The position numbers and the translations under genes were made by a program. This document shows positions 37,227 to 47,812 of a DNA stretch of 55,343 bases, piece after piece. This DNA is from Pseudomonadota bacterium (lineage in GTDB: Bacteria; Pseudomonadota; Alphaproteobacteria; MED-G09), in contig JAYYUG010000057.1 of NCBI GenBank assembly GCA_036344135.1, positions 1 to 55,343 of the forward strand. The letters run 5' to 3'. The notes under the pieces were generated by a model. It saw only the letters and a list, made by a program, of their open reading frames with translations, was not told the DNA's origin and did not search any database. The stretch's first letter is position 1, and each line of letters begins with the position of its first letter.

Positions 37227-38600
37227 ATGACTGAAAAAATAAACCCAAATTCTTATGCGGCTCTCGATGCCGCACATCATTTTCATCCTTACTCAAATGC
37301 AAGAAGAATTGAGAATCAAGGCCCTATGGTAATCGAAAAAGGAAAAGGCATAAAAGTTTGGGATGAACAAGGAAACGAATATATTGAGGCAATGTCAGGA
37401 CTGTGGTCGGTTGCTGTAGGATTTGGAGAAGATAGGTTAGTCCAAGCTGCAAAAAAACAGTTGGAAACTTTACCGTATTATCATTCATTTACACATAAAT
37501 CACATCCATCTGTAGCTGAGTTATCACAAAAATTGACCAAGATGGTTGGCTTAGGTATGTCTCATGTTCATTATACTAATTCAGGGTCTGAAGCTAATGA
37601 TTCAGCTATGAAAATGATTTGGTACTACAATAATGCTTTGAATAAGCCCAAAAAGAAAAAAATAATTTCAAGATTAAAAGCCTATCATGGAATAACAATT
37701 GCTTCTGGTAGCCTTACAGGAATACCATTGATGCACAACGATTTCGATCTACCAATAAAAGAAGTTCTTCATACAATGTGTCCTCATTATTGGAAAGAAG
37801 GTAAAGATGGTGAAACTGAAGAAGATTTTGCAACTAGATGCGCTTTCGAATTAGAAGATCTTATATTAAAAGAAGACCCCGAAACAGTTGCAGCATTTTT
37901 TGGTGAACCTGTAATGGGTGCAGGAGGTTTAATAGTGCCTCCAAAAACGTACTGGAAAAAAATTCAAGCTGTTTGTAAAAAGTATGAAGTAATGATAGTT
38001 GCTGATGAAGTTATAAATGGTTTTGGAAGAACTGGCAAACCATTTGCATGTGAACTTTATGGTATTGAACCAGATTTTATTATTCTATCAAAGCAAATCA
38101 CATCTAATTATATTCCTATGGGCGCATTGCTTATGACGGATAAAGTTTATCAAATAATTGCAGAAAATTCAGTTAAAAATAACCTTTACGGAAGTGGATT
38201 TACTTCGTCCGGTCATCCTGTGGCATGTGCAGTTGCTCTTGAAAATATTCGTATTCTTGAAGAAGATGGCCTTATGGAAAGAGTGCCTTTACTTGAACCA
38301 ATTTTTCAAGGGAGGTTAAAAGAACTAGAAGAAAAAGACTTAGTGGGAGAGTCAAGAGGCGTTGGATTATTGGGAGCTGTCGAATTAGTAAAAGATAAAG
38401 AAACTTCTGCTGCATTTGATCCAATTGGAAGTGCTGGTCCTTTATTAACTGATATTGGACATGGAGAGGGTCTAATTTTAAGAGCAATTGGTGATGTTTT
38501 GGCTGTGTGCCCACCATTAATCATAACTGAGGATGAGATACATGAATTATTTGATAGATTTGAGCGAGTTCTTGATAAGGGGTTGGAGGCACTAAAATAA
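37227..38600 (+). CDS. Class-III PLP aminotransferase (omega-amino acid / beta-alanine:pyruvate transaminase-like)
   Basis: SGSEANDSAMK, the DEVINGFGRTG motif, and a PLP Lys candidate in ILSKQITS. I prefer the start at ATG 37227 (MTEKINP...); the ORF track has 37194. Confidence 0.88.
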   Translation: MTEKINPNSYAALDAAHHFHPYSNARRIENQGPMVIEKGKGIKVWDEQGNEYIEAMSGLWSVAVGFGEDRLVQAAKKQLETLPYYHSFTHKSHPSVAELSQKLTKMVGLGMSHVHYTNSGSEANDSAMKMIWYYNNALNKPKKKKIISRLKAYHGITIASGSLTGIPLMHNDFDLPIKEVLHTMCPHYWKEGKDGETEEDFATRCAFELEDLILKEDPETVAAFFGEPVMGAGGLIVPPKTYWKKIQAVCKKYEVMIVADEVINGFGRTGKPFACELYGIEPDFIILSKQITSNYIPMGALLMTDKVYQIIAENSVKNNLYGSGFTSSGHPVACAVALENIRILEEDGLMERVPLLEPIFQGRLKELEEKDLVGESRGVGLLGAVELVKDKETSAAFDPIGSAGPLLTDIGHGEGLILRAIGDVLAVCPPLIITEDEIHELFDRFERVLDKGLEALK

Positions 38601-38601
38601 A

Positions 38602-39564
38602 CTAGGAAATTTCCAGAACAATTTTTCCAATATTATTGTTTTCAGACATTATTTGATGAGCATTTTCTGCTTCATTAATATTCATTGTTTTGTAAATTAT
38701 TGGTTTAATTTTTCTTGCATTAAAGAGAGGCCAAATTTTATAAAACAATTGTTCCATAACTTGTCCTTTAACCTTTATAGAACGAGATCTTATTGTCGAT
38801 CCTATAATTTTTTGCCTTTTCATTAAAAGATGACCAATATTTAATTTACCCTCTATTCCTCCAAGTATTCCTATTATTATTAATCTTCCATCAATAGCCA
38901 GGTTATTAAGGTTTTCTTCAAAATAATTACCTCCTACAGGGTCTAAAATAATGTTTAATCCATCTGGGCAATAATTCTTAAATGACCCATATCTATTTTC
39001 TGATCTAACGATACCTTCTTCAGATCCTAATTCTACACAAAAATTTACTTTTTCTTCGGTGCCAGCAGTAACATATGAATAACAACCAAATTCTTTACAA
39101 AGTTGTATCCCAGCTGTGCCAATTCCACTTGCCCCAGCATGAAATAAAACATTTTCACCTGTTTTCAAGTTTCCTTCCATAAATAAATTAAACCAACATG
39201 TTGCAAATACCTCAGGTATTGCTGCACTTTCTAGAAGAGTAAGAGATTTAGGAATAGGAAGAACATGATTTTCGGGACAACAAACATATTCTGCATACCC
39301 TCCACCTGACAATAATGCAGTAACTTCTTCGCCTAATTTTCTATTTTTTACTTTGTTTCCTACTTTCTCAATAATACCACTACATTCTAAACCCAGGATT
39401 TGGCTAGCGCCTGGTGGAGGAGGGTAAAGGCCTGCTTTCTGAGCTAAATCTGCCCTATTTACTGCAGTTGCTTTAATTTTAATTAAAACCTCAGAATCCC
39501 CATAGGTTGGTAATGAGGTTTCTTCCCAAAACATCTTTCCTTCATTAATTTGAATTGCTTTCAT
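38602..39564 (-). CDS. NAD(P)H:quinone oxidoreductase (zinc-independent MDR, PIG3/Qor-like)
   Basis: 320 aa. The GLECSG, HAGASGIGTAGIQL and C-terminal IGKIVLE motifs are typical of quinone-oxidoreductase MDRs. Confidence 0.85.
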   Translation of the reverse strand: MKAIQINEGKMFWEETSLPTYGDSEVLIKIKATAVNRADLAQKAGLYPPPPGASQILGLECSGIIEKVGNKVKNRKLGEEVTALLSGGGYAEYVCCPENHVLPIPKSLTLLESAAIPEVFATCWFNLFMEGNLKTGENVLFHAGASGIGTAGIQLCKEFGCYSYVTAGTEEKVNFCVELGSEEGIVRSENRYGSFKNYCPDGLNIILDPVGGNYFEENLNNLAIDGRLIIIGILGGIEGKLNIGHLLMKRQKIIGSTIRSRSIKVKGQVMEQLFYKIWPLFNARKIKPIIYKTMNINEAENAHQIMSENNNIGKIVLEIS

Positions 39565-39570
39565 TGAAAA

Positions 39571-41511
39571 TTATTTATTCTGACGATTATCAATTAATTC
39601 ATCAACTACTGCCGGGTCTGCCAAGGTTGATGTATCTCCTAAGTTCGAGTAATCATTTGCGGCAATTTTTCTAAGAATTCTTCTCATAATTTTACCGGAT
39701 CTAGTTTTTGGAAGATTAGGAGAAAATTGAATCAAATCTGGACTTGCAATTGGGCCAATTTCTTTCCTTACCCAATTAACAAGCTCTTTTTGGGTTTCTT
39801 TGTCGCCAGTTTCACCAGAATTCAATGTTACATAGGCATAAATTCCCTGACCTTTGATCTCATGAGGATAACCTACGACAGCAGATTCGGAGACTTTTTT
39901 ATGTGCAACAAGAGCACTTTCGACTTCTGCCGTTCCCATTCTATGTCCTGATACATTAATTACATCATCAACTCGACCGGTTATCCAATAGTATCCATCG
40001 GCGTCTCTTTTGCAACCGTCCCCAGTAAAATAGTATCCGTTAAATTGGCTAAAATAGGTTTCGATAAATCTTTGATGATCACCATAAACAGTTCTCATTT
40101 GTCCTGGCCAACTGTCTGCCAGACACAGGTTTCCTTCATTTTCTCCTCCCAATTCATTGCCCTCTTCATCGATAAGGACGGGTTTTACTCCAGGAAGTGG
40201 TTTTGTAGCTGAGCCAGGTTTCAAGTCCGTAGCTCCAGGAAGAGGAGAAATTAAAGCTGCACCTGTTTCGGTTTGCCACCATCTATCCACGATGGGACAC
40301 CTCTTTTCACCCACCGTATTATGATACCACAACCAAGCCTCTGGGTTTATAGGTTCTCCCACTGTTCCCAAAAGTCTTAAGCTTGATCTTTTAGTAGATT
40401 TTACAGGATTGTCTCCTTCCTTCATTAGGGCTCGAATTGCTGTAGGTGCGGTATAAAAAATATTAACATTATGCTTATCACATATTTCCCAAAATCTGGA
40501 AGAAGTAGGATAATTTGGAACGCCTTCAAACATAAGTGTAACTGCACCGTTTGCGAGAGGGCCATAAACTATATAGGAATGTCCGGTTACCCAACCCACA
40601 TCAGCTGTACACCAATAAACATCGCCTTCATGGTAATCAAAAATCATTTCATGAGTATATGAAGCGTAAACCAAATAGCCCCCACTGGTGTGGAGAACAC
40701 CCTTAGGTTTTCCTGTGGATCCTGATGTATAGAGAATAAAGAGAGGATCTTCAGCATCCATTTCTTCAGCAGAACATTCTGATGAAACGTTTTCGATGAT
40801 ATCATGATACCAGAAATCTCTGCCTAATAGCATATTTACTCCCCCACCTGTTCTTTTTACCACAAAAACAGTTTTGACATCCGGGCATTGTTCTAGGGCT
40901 TTATCCGAGTTTTCTTTCAGAGGAACTGTCTTTCCACCACGAATTCCCTCGTCAGCGGTGATCAAAAAATGTGAATCACAATCGAGAATCCTACCGGCAA
41001 GAGCTTCTGGTGAAAAACCTCCAAAGACAACAGAATGAACAGCACCAATTCTTGCACAAGCGAGCATGGCATAAGCTGCTTCGGGTATCATCGGCATATA
41101 TATTGTTACTCGATCACCTTTGGATACACCATTAACTTTCAAGGCGTTTGAAAATTTGCACACATGTTCATATAGTTCTTTATAAGTAATCTTTTTAGAT
41201 TCTTTAGGGTCATCTCCCTCCCAAATTATAGCTGTTTGATTTCCTCGCGTTTTTAGATGTCGATCTATACAATTAGCGGAGACATTTAGCGAGCCATCAT
41301 AAAACCAATTAATATCTACCTTCTTTTTAGACCAAATAACATTTTTAATTTTGCTGTAAGGTTTTATCCAATCAATACGTTTACCTTGTTTTTTCCAAAA
41401 TCCAACATTGTCTTGCTGAGATTCATTGTATAGATCTTTATAAATCTCATCAGTGATGTGCGCTGATTTCTTAAAGTCTTCCGGTACTGGAAATTTTAAA
41501 TCTTCACTCAT
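39571..41511 (-). CDS. acs: Acetyl-CoA synthetase (AMP-forming)
   Basis: 646 aa. AMP-binding motif [18 protein letters not shown], and C-terminal [12 protein letters not shown]. Confidence 0.93.
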   Translation of the reverse strand: MSEDLKFPVPEDFKKSAHITDEIYKDLYNESQQDNVGFWKKQGKRIDWIKPYSKIKNVIWSKKKVDINWFYDGSLNVSANCIDRHLKTRGNQTAIIWEGDDPKESKKITYKELYEHVCKFSNALKVNGVSKGDRVTIYMPMIPEAAYAMLACARIGAVHSVVFGGFSPEALAGRILDCDSHFLITADEGIRGGKTVPLKENSDKALEQCPDVKTVFVVKRTGGGVNMLLGRDFWYHDIIENVSSECSAEEMDAEDPLFILYTSGSTGKPKGVLHTSGGYLVYASYTHEMIFDYHEGDVYWCTADVGWVTGHSYIVYGPLANGAVTLMFEGVPNYPTSSRFWEICDKHNVNIFYTAPTAIRALMKEGDNPVKSTKRSSLRLLGTVGEPINPEAWLWYHNTVGEKRCPIVDRWWQTETGAALISPLPGATDLKPGSATKPLPGVKPVLIDEEGNELGGENEGNLCLADSWPGQMRTVYGDHQRFIETYFSQFNGYYFTGDGCKRDADGYYWITGRVDDVINVSGHRMGTAEVESALVAHKKVSESAVVGYPHEIKGQGIYAYVTLNSGETGDKETQKELVNWVRKEIGPIASPDLIQFSPNLPKTRSGKIMRRILRKIAANDYSNLGDTSTLADPAVVDELIDNRQNK

Positions 41512-41526
41512 AAAGCTTTCCTAGGT

Positions 41527-42420
41527 TTATTCTAATTCACCGTTAATTAACTTTATTACCCCGGAAAAATCAAGATTATCATAACCACCTTCTTCCATTT
41601 TTTCATAGATTTCTGTTGAGTGTGCACCTAGAGGTGTTTCCGTATTTGTTATTTTTGAGGCTTCTTGAGATAGCCTTAAATCTTTCAACATAAGAGCTGA
41701 AGAAAAGCCAGGTTGATAGTTGTTGTTAGCTGGACTTGTGGGTACAGGACCAGGAACAGGGCAATAACTTGTCATTGACCAGCATTGTCCAGAGGCGGTA
41801 GATGAAATATCATAAAACGTTTGTGAATCCAACCCTAATCTCTCTGCTAAATTGAAAGCTTCAGATGTTCCAATCATTGATATAGCTAACAGCATATTAT
41901 TGCATATTTTTGCCGCTTGACCATTTCCTGCTTGACCTGCATGAATCACATTTCCGCCCATGACATCCAACAGTTCTTTACCTTTTTCAAAAGCCGCTTC
42001 ATCACCGCCTACCATAAAAGTTAAAGTCCCAGCTTCAGCTCCGGTAACACCCCCAGATACTGGGGCATCCAACATTCTTAGATCCGATTTATTTGCTACC
42101 TCTTCGACTTCGCGTGCCGAGTCCACGTCAATAGTCGAAGAATCTATCAAGAGTAAACCTGCAGGAGAATTTTTGATAATACCTTCTTCTCCCAGATAAA
42201 CTGATTTAACATGCTTACCGGAAGGAAGCATTGTTATTACGACCTCAGAATTTTTCAGTGTGTCGTTTAGATTTTCAGAGACTTTTCCCCCCGATTTTAC
42301 GAGTTCAGTCAACTGACCTTCAATCAAATCAAAGCCTGTAACGTCGTGACCGGCTTTTACCAAATTTTTTGCCATTGGCAGACCCATATTACCAAGACCA
42401 ATAAACGAAACTTTAGTCAT
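41527..42420 (-). CDS. mmsB: 3-hydroxyisobutyrate dehydrogenase
   Basis: N-terminal VSFIGLGNMGLPMAKNL and the DAPVSGG motif, within an acyl-CoA DH / hydrolase cluster. Confidence 0.88.
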   Translation of the reverse strand: MTKVSFIGLGNMGLPMAKNLVKAGHDVTGFDLIEGQLTELVKSGGKVSENLNDTLKNSEVVITMLPSGKHVKSVYLGEEGIIKNSPAGLLLIDSSTIDVDSAREVEEVANKSDLRMLDAPVSGGVTGAEAGTLTFMVGGDEAAFEKGKELLDVMGGNVIHAGQAGNGQAAKICNNMLLAISMIGTSEAFNLAERLGLDSQTFYDISSTASGQCWSMTSYCPVPGPVPTSPANNNYQPGFSSALMLKDLRLSQEASKITNTETPLGAHSTEIYEKMEEGGYDNLDFSGVIKLINGELE

Positions 42421-42431
42421 ATGTCTCTCCT

Positions 42432-43469
42432 TTAATCAAAATTTAATTCTCCATCCTCTAAAGAAGAATAAAAATCAGAAATTTTGTTATCATCAACTTC
42501 TTCAATAGTTTTTGGATCCCATTTTGGAACATTATCCTTATCTACAATTAAAGCTCTTACTCCCTCATAAAAATCTTTATCGCTCATTACTCTGCACACC
42601 ATACGGTATTCCATTTTCATGCACTCTTCAAAATTAATATTTTTGCCATTTGTTATCTGTTTATGAGCTAATTTTAATGATGTTGGGGATTTTTTTAGAA
42701 TTGTCTTCAAACTTTTTGTAGCTAATTCGCCTTTATGATTTTTCAGATTTTCCAGAATACCTTCTACGCTTTCTGCATCAAAAAGATTTCCTATTTCGTT
42801 AGAAATTTTTTCTATTTCAGATACACCTGGATCTGATTTTAGGTCTTGAATAAAACTTTCCGGATTTTTTCCCTCAGATAAGTAATCAATAATTTTTCCA
42901 TGTTTTTCAGACTCAACAAAATGTTGCGAGATTCCTAGAAAAATGGCATCAGAGGACTTTATCCTGTTTCCTGTTAGAGCTAGGTACATGCCTATATTCT
43001 TCGGCAGACGTGATAAAAAATAACTTCCACCTACATCAGGGAAAAGACCAATCCCGGTCTCGGGCATAGCGAAAGAGAAATTTTCTCCTGCAATTCTATG
43101 ACTACCATGAACAGATAAACCAACTCCACCTCCCATAACTATCCCATTTACTAAGGCTATATAAGGTTTTGGAAACCTTTTGATGAAGTGATTCAACTTG
43201 TATTCTTCATAATAAAAGTCAGTAGACCGAGAGTCACCGGATCGTCCCCAATCGTATAAAGCTCTTATATCACCACCTGCACAAAAAGCCTTATCCCCTG
43301 TAGCCTGAATAGCTACAAATTTTATTTTTGAGTCATTTGCCCACCCTTTGAGGATAGGGTGTATTTCTCTTACCATATTCAATGTGAGAGCGTTTAAGGC
43401 CTCAGGACGATTTATAGTTATTAATCCGAGAGAACCTCTCGTTTCAAAAAACACTTCCTTTTCACTCAT
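42432..43469 (-). CDS. 3-hydroxyisobutyryl-CoA hydrolase (crotonase superfamily)
   Basis: 345 aa, longer than plain enoyl-CoA hydratases. FCAGGDIR, GIVMGGGVGLS and FAMPETGIGLFPDVGGSYFLSRL motifs are characteristic of HIBCH-type enzymes. Confidence 0.85.
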   Translation of the reverse strand: MSEKEVFFETRGSLGLITINRPEALNALTLNMVREIHPILKGWANDSKIKFVAIQATGDKAFCAGGDIRALYDWGRSGDSRSTDFYYEEYKLNHFIKRFPKPYIALVNGIVMGGGVGLSVHGSHRIAGENFSFAMPETGIGLFPDVGGSYFLSRLPKNIGMYLALTGNRIKSSDAIFLGISQHFVESEKHGKIIDYLSEGKNPESFIQDLKSDPGVSEIEKISNEIGNLFDAESVEGILENLKNHKGELATKSLKTILKKSPTSLKLAHKQITNGKNINFEECMKMEYRMVCRVMSDKDFYEGVRALIVDKDNVPKWDPKTIEEVDDNKISDFYSSLEDGELNFD

Positions 43470-44596
43470 TTATTATCCTTAAGAATCTCTCTAGCTATAA
43501 TGACACGCATTATCTCGTTGGTTCCTTCAAGAATCTGGTGAACCCTAAGATCTCTTAAGTTTCTTTCCAAAGGGTAGTCTTTTAGATATCCATACCCACC
43601 GTGAATTTGGAGTGCTTCGTTAACAATATTAAAACAGGCATCGGTAACAAACCTCTTTGCCATCGCAGCTGCTTTTGTTTTATCCGGAGCATTTTCATCA
43701 ACCTTTTGAGCTGCGTCTCTAAGTATAAGTCTAGAGACTTCAAGATCTGTCGCCATATCGGCCAATTTAAATTGTAAAGCTTGAAATTCTTGGATTTTTT
43801 TTCCAAATTGTTCTCTTTCGTTTACATAATTAACTGCTCTTTCGTAGGCGGATTGTGCTGTTCCCAAAGAACAAGCAGCAATATTTAACCTACCTCCGTC
43901 CAAACCCATCATAGCAAATTTAAATCCGTCTCCTTCTTTTCCAATTAGGTTTTCCACCGGCACTTTGCAGTCTTCAAAAATAACCTGAGTGGTTGGTTGA
44001 GAATTCCATCCCATTTTTCTCTCATATCCCCCGTATGAGAGCCCCTCGGAATCTTTTTCTACAACTAATGTAGAAATAGAATTGTCACCGGTTTTAACCA
44101 TGGTTACATAGATATCTGAAGTTCCACCTCCAGATATGAAAGACTTTGTTCCATTAACGATATAATATTTTCCATCCTTTACAGCTTTTGTTTTGAGGCT
44201 AGCTGCATCTGACCCGGCTCCCGGCTCAGTGAGACAATATGAACTTATTTTATTAAAGTTACAGAGATCAGGAACGAATCTCTCCTTTAATTTTTCATCA
44301 CCAAAAGAATCTATCATCCAGGTTGCCATATTGTGTATTGATAAAAATGCAGCTGTTGAAGTACAACCGTGGCTAAGTGCTTCAAATATCAGCGTAGAGT
44401 CTAGTCTTGTTAAGCCGGATCCTCCTAGTGAAGGAGAGATGTAAATTCCAGCAAAACCAAGACTTGCAAGTTCTTTGAGGGTATCGATAGGGAAAATTTT
44501 ATCTTCATCCCATTTTTCCGCATTAGGCTCCATTTTTTCAATCGCAAATTCCTTTGCGACATTATAAAAAGCATTTTGTTCTTCAGATAATTTCAT
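43466..44596 (-). CDS. Acyl-CoA dehydrogenase (isobutyryl-CoA dehydrogenase-like)
   Basis: 376 aa. CLTEPGAGSDA, and QIHGGYGY with a catalytic-Glu region (ILEGTNEIMR). Confidence 0.88.
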   Translation of the reverse strand: MKLSEEQNAFYNVAKEFAIEKMEPNAEKWDEDKIFPIDTLKELASLGFAGIYISPSLGGSGLTRLDSTLIFEALSHGCTSTAAFLSIHNMATWMIDSFGDEKLKERFVPDLCNFNKISSYCLTEPGAGSDAASLKTKAVKDGKYYIVNGTKSFISGGGTSDIYVTMVKTGDNSISTLVVEKDSEGLSYGGYERKMGWNSQPTTQVIFEDCKVPVENLIGKEGDGFKFAMMGLDGGRLNIAACSLGTAQSAYERAVNYVNEREQFGKKIQEFQALQFKLADMATDLEVSRLILRDAAQKVDENAPDKTKAAAMAKRFVTDACFNIVNEALQIHGGYGYLKDYPLERNLRDLRVHQILEGTNEIMRVIIAREILKDNK

Positions 44597-44635
44597 ATTT
44601 TATGTATCAATGTGGCGAAAAAATTGGCTGTCCGT

Positions 44636-46057
44636 TTATTTTATTTTATCCATGACATCACCAAAGAGCTCTTCGTCAGATCTAAGCTCCTTTGTTTCTG
44701 TTAATGGCTTAGAAACCCATGTCTCGTTAATTAAATCTCGCCATGAAATATTATTATTTGTTCCATTTCCTCCCCAAGACCCACAACCGAGTGAAAATGT
44801 TTGTCTCATTCCGTTCCATAAATTACCACTATTTGAGGCTGCCTGAGGTTGGTTAACCATGACTCTAGAAGTCTTCGTAACGTTTGCTAGTTTCATGATG
44901 TTCTCATCACTATTTGAATATATTCCACAAGAGTGTCCTTGTCCTTGATATGATTGGATGTTGTTTGTTAGTTCTATAGCGTGATCAATATTATCAGCTT
45001 TGTAAAGTGCCATAACCACTGATAATTTTTCTCCTGAGAACGGGTGATCAGGCCCCCATCCGGTTTCAGGAACAATATAGAATTCTGTTCCTTCGGGAAT
45101 ACTAACATCTGCCATTTCTGCTATTTTATCTGCTGGTTGCGCTACAATTGCAGTATTTAAATGTCCTTCCTCGTCCCATAAGGTATTTTTCAGTTTTTCC
45201 TTTTCTTCTTCACTAACAAGATACCCACCTTTTTCTTGAAACTTCGATATCATTTCATCATAAATCGTATTGACAAGAATAACTGAATTGTCAGCAGAGC
45301 AGGAAGCAGCAAGATCAAGTGTTTTAGAAATTTTTATTTTATCTGATGCATCCTCCAAATCAGCTGTTTCATCTACTGTAATCACTGCATTGCCTACACC
45401 TACCCCAAGAGCAGGAGTCCCACTTGAGTAAGCAGCATTTACCATTGCTCCCCCACCTGTTGCAAGAACCCTGTCACATTGATTCATCAATTCGTTAGTA
45501 AGTTCTAGAGTTGGTGTTTCAATTCCAATCACCAGATCAGCTGGCGCACCATAAGTCTCAAGAGCATTTCTCATCAAATTACATATTTTCTTGTTTGTGA
45601 GTTTTGCTCTTGGATGGGGGGCTACGATAATCGAATTTCTACCTTTTATGGCATGAATAGCTTTAATTACAGGAGTAGCTTCGGGATTTGTCGACGGAGC
45701 AAGGGCGCCTATAACCCCCATAGGTTTGGCGATTTTGACAATTGCTCTTTCAGGATCTTCTTCAAGTATGCCAACAGACTTGTCATCAATAATATCCATC
45801 AATGTTGCTCGGGTTTTCCTTTGAATTTTTAGGAATTTTCCTTCGTAATTGCCTAGCTGGGTTTCATCAAGAGTAAATTGTGCAATTTCCTCTGCAACGC
45901 CGGGTCGTGCAACAGACCAAACCATGGCACGAATCAGTTCATCAACTTGCTCTTGATTATAGTTTTCTATTTCTTTTTGTGCCGCTCTAGAGCGTTCAAC
46001 TAATCCCCTAATTTCTTCTTTTGGAGATAAATCAACTTTTGTAGTTTGCTCAGACAT
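44636..46057 (-). CDS. CoA-acylating aldehyde dehydrogenase of the AdhE-N-terminal/EutE/SucD/SauS type
   Basis: VLATGGGAMVNAAYSSGTPALGVGVGNAVITVDETADL...TLDLAASCSADNS...GHSCGIYS...MVNQP...SLGCGSWGGN aligns motif for motif with the AdhE aldehyde-dehydrogenase domain (ATGGPGMVKAAYSSGKPAIGVGAGN...ICASEQS...LGCGSWGGNS, as I recall it). Confidence 0.85.
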   Translation of the reverse strand: MSEQTTKVDLSPKEEIRGLVERSRAAQKEIENYNQEQVDELIRAMVWSVARPGVAEEIAQFTLDETQLGNYEGKFLKIQRKTRATLMDIIDDKSVGILEEDPERAIVKIAKPMGVIGALAPSTNPEATPVIKAIHAIKGRNSIIVAPHPRAKLTNKKICNLMRNALETYGAPADLVIGIETPTLELTNELMNQCDRVLATGGGAMVNAAYSSGTPALGVGVGNAVITVDETADLEDASDKIKISKTLDLAASCSADNSVILVNTIYDEMISKFQEKGGYLVSEEEKEKLKNTLWDEEGHLNTAIVAQPADKIAEMADVSIPEGTEFYIVPETGWGPDHPFSGEKLSVVMALYKADNIDHAIELTNNIQSYQGQGHSCGIYSNSDENIMKLANVTKTSRVMVNQPQAASNSGNLWNGMRQTFSLGCGSWGGNGTNNNISWRDLINETWVSKPLTETKELRSDEELFGDVMDKIK

Positions 46058-46124
46058 ACCTAGATTCCCCCTTAAAGGTTATGAATTTTTTATAAACCTA
46101 ATAAAATAGCTTGTAAACTATAAG

Positions 46125-46505
46125 TTAATCTTCCTTGTCAATTGGCAGGTTCGCCGAAGTCCAATCGTTAAAACCTCCAAGATTGAAGACCGAATTAAAA
46201 CCTAGGTCGTTTAACGCCTTTCCTGCTAGGGCTGCTCTTCCTCCGGCTGCGCAATAAAGAATAATTGTATTTTCAGGGGAGAAACCTTCAATTCCGTTCG
46301 GGTTAGTAATTTTATTTTGAAATTCAATTAAACCTCTAGGAATATGATAAGCGTCTTTTACCTTGCCTGATTTTTTAACTTCTTCAATTTCTCTCGTATC
46401 AATTATTAATGCTCCCTGTTTTTGGAGGTCGAAAGCATCCTCAGGACTTATAACAGGAACAACTGCATTTGCCTCTTCCAACATTTCTTTTATAGACTTA
46501 GCCAT
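46125..46505 (-). CDS. Single-domain rhodanese (sulfurtransferase)
   Basis: 126 aa. Active-site loop YCAAGGRAA and the DTRE..E substrate-region motif. Confidence 0.85.
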   Translation of the reverse strand: MAKSIKEMLEEANAVVPVISPEDAFDLQKQGALIIDTREIEEVKKSGKVKDAYHIPRGLIEFQNKITNPNGIEGFSPENTIILYCAAGGRAALAGKALNDLGFNSVFNLGGFNDWTSANLPIDKED

Positions 46506-46522
46506 TTACTACCTCTCTTAAT

Positions 46523-47812
46523 TTAGTATGAATAGGTTATTGGTAAAGATTTCAATCCCGACACAAAACTAGCTTTCACCCATTGAGGTTTTCCGTTTAT
46601 CTTAATGTCTTTTATTACCTTAAATAATTCTTCGTAAAAAATCTCCATTTCCATTTTTGCTAAATATTTACCTAAACATAGATGAGCTCCATGTCCAAAC
46701 GCTAGGTGTTTATTTGGATTTCGGTCCACTTTAAAATTAAAAGGATCATCGAAAATTTCTTCATCTCTATTTCCGGATGGATAGCAAAGTAAAACTGAAT
46801 CGTTTTTTCTAATATTTTTATCCCTTAATTTATAATCTTCTTTTGCTGTTCTGAAGAAATTTTTTACAGGTGTTATCCATCTTATCATTTCTTCTACAGC
46901 CAAAGGCATTAAGGAGGGATCAGATTTCAATTTAATGAATTCATCTTTATTTTCTATCAATGCATGCAAGCCCCCAGCAGTTGATGATGATGTTGTATCA
47001 TGACCAGCAGTAGCTATAATAATGTAATAGGACATAGCTTCAAGATGACTTATCGGTTGGTTATCTATTTTTGCATTAGCTATAATACTGGCAACATCAT
47101 TTGTTGGATTCTTTCTTCTCTCTTCAGTTAGAGCTGTAAAATATTCAAAAAAATCTGTGATAACATTTGAATTTATGTCAAAACCCGGGTCATCTTTTTG
47201 TCTCATCATTTCTTCGTCTTGCCCCCCAAATAATTCCTGAGTGAGGCGCAACATTCTTTGCTCATCTTCTTCAGGGACGCCAAGAATTGTCATTATTACT
47301 CTCAAAGGATAAAAAATCGCTATATCTTTTACAAAGTCGCATTCATTGCCCATTTGAATCATTTGTTTTACAGAATTTTTTGCGATGTTCCTTATTTTAT
47401 CTTTTAGTGTTTCTAAGTTTGGTGGAGAGAACCATTTTTGCGTTAGCCCTCTGTAAATCCTGTGATCAGGGTTATCCATGTGAACTAGGGTTCTTAACAA
47501 TATATGACTTCCTCCCGTAAAATCCTTAATTGATTGTTCGGTCGGAATATCCATTAGAGTTGTACGTGGATCGTTAATAAAGAATTCGTTTAGCTTTTCA
47601 ATTTCAGTGATATCAGCATGCTTAGTTATTGCCCAAAAAGGTCTAATATTTTGAGGTTCAACCCAAGTTACAGGGTCTTCCCGCCGCATCAAAGAGAATA
47701 GTGCGTGCAGCTTTTTTTCGTCTGTGTAAGTTTTCGGATAAGCTATTTCTCTATAATCATGTTTTTCCATGATAGGAATTCTATTATTAGCTATTTCCAT
47801 TTGAAGATTCAA
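46523..47812 (-). CDS. Cytochrome P450 monooxygenase
   Basis: Heme-thiolate loop FGHGAHLCLG, I-helix ATAGHDTTSS and the ExxR motif (EEMIR). Start is uncertain (ATG at 47812, 47800 or 47770). Confidence 0.92.
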   Translation of the reverse strand: MNLQMEIANNRIPIMEKHDYREIAYPKTYTDEKKLHALFSLMRREDPVTWVEPQNIRPFWAITKHADITEIEKLNEFFINDPRTTLMDIPTEQSIKDFTGGSHILLRTLVHMDNPDHRIYRGLTQKWFSPPNLETLKDKIRNIAKNSVKQMIQMGNECDFVKDIAIFYPLRVIMTILGVPEEDEQRMLRLTQELFGGQDEEMMRQKDDPGFDINSNVITDFFEYFTALTEERRKNPTNDVASIIANAKIDNQPISHLEAMSYYIIIATAGHDTTSSSTAGGLHALIENKDEFIKLKSDPSLMPLAVEEMIRWITPVKNFFRTAKEDYKLRDKNIRKNDSVLLCYPSGNRDEEIFDDPFNFKVDRNPNKHLAFGHGAHLCLGKYLAKMEMEIFYEELFKVIKDIKINGKPQWVKASFVSGLKSLPITYSY

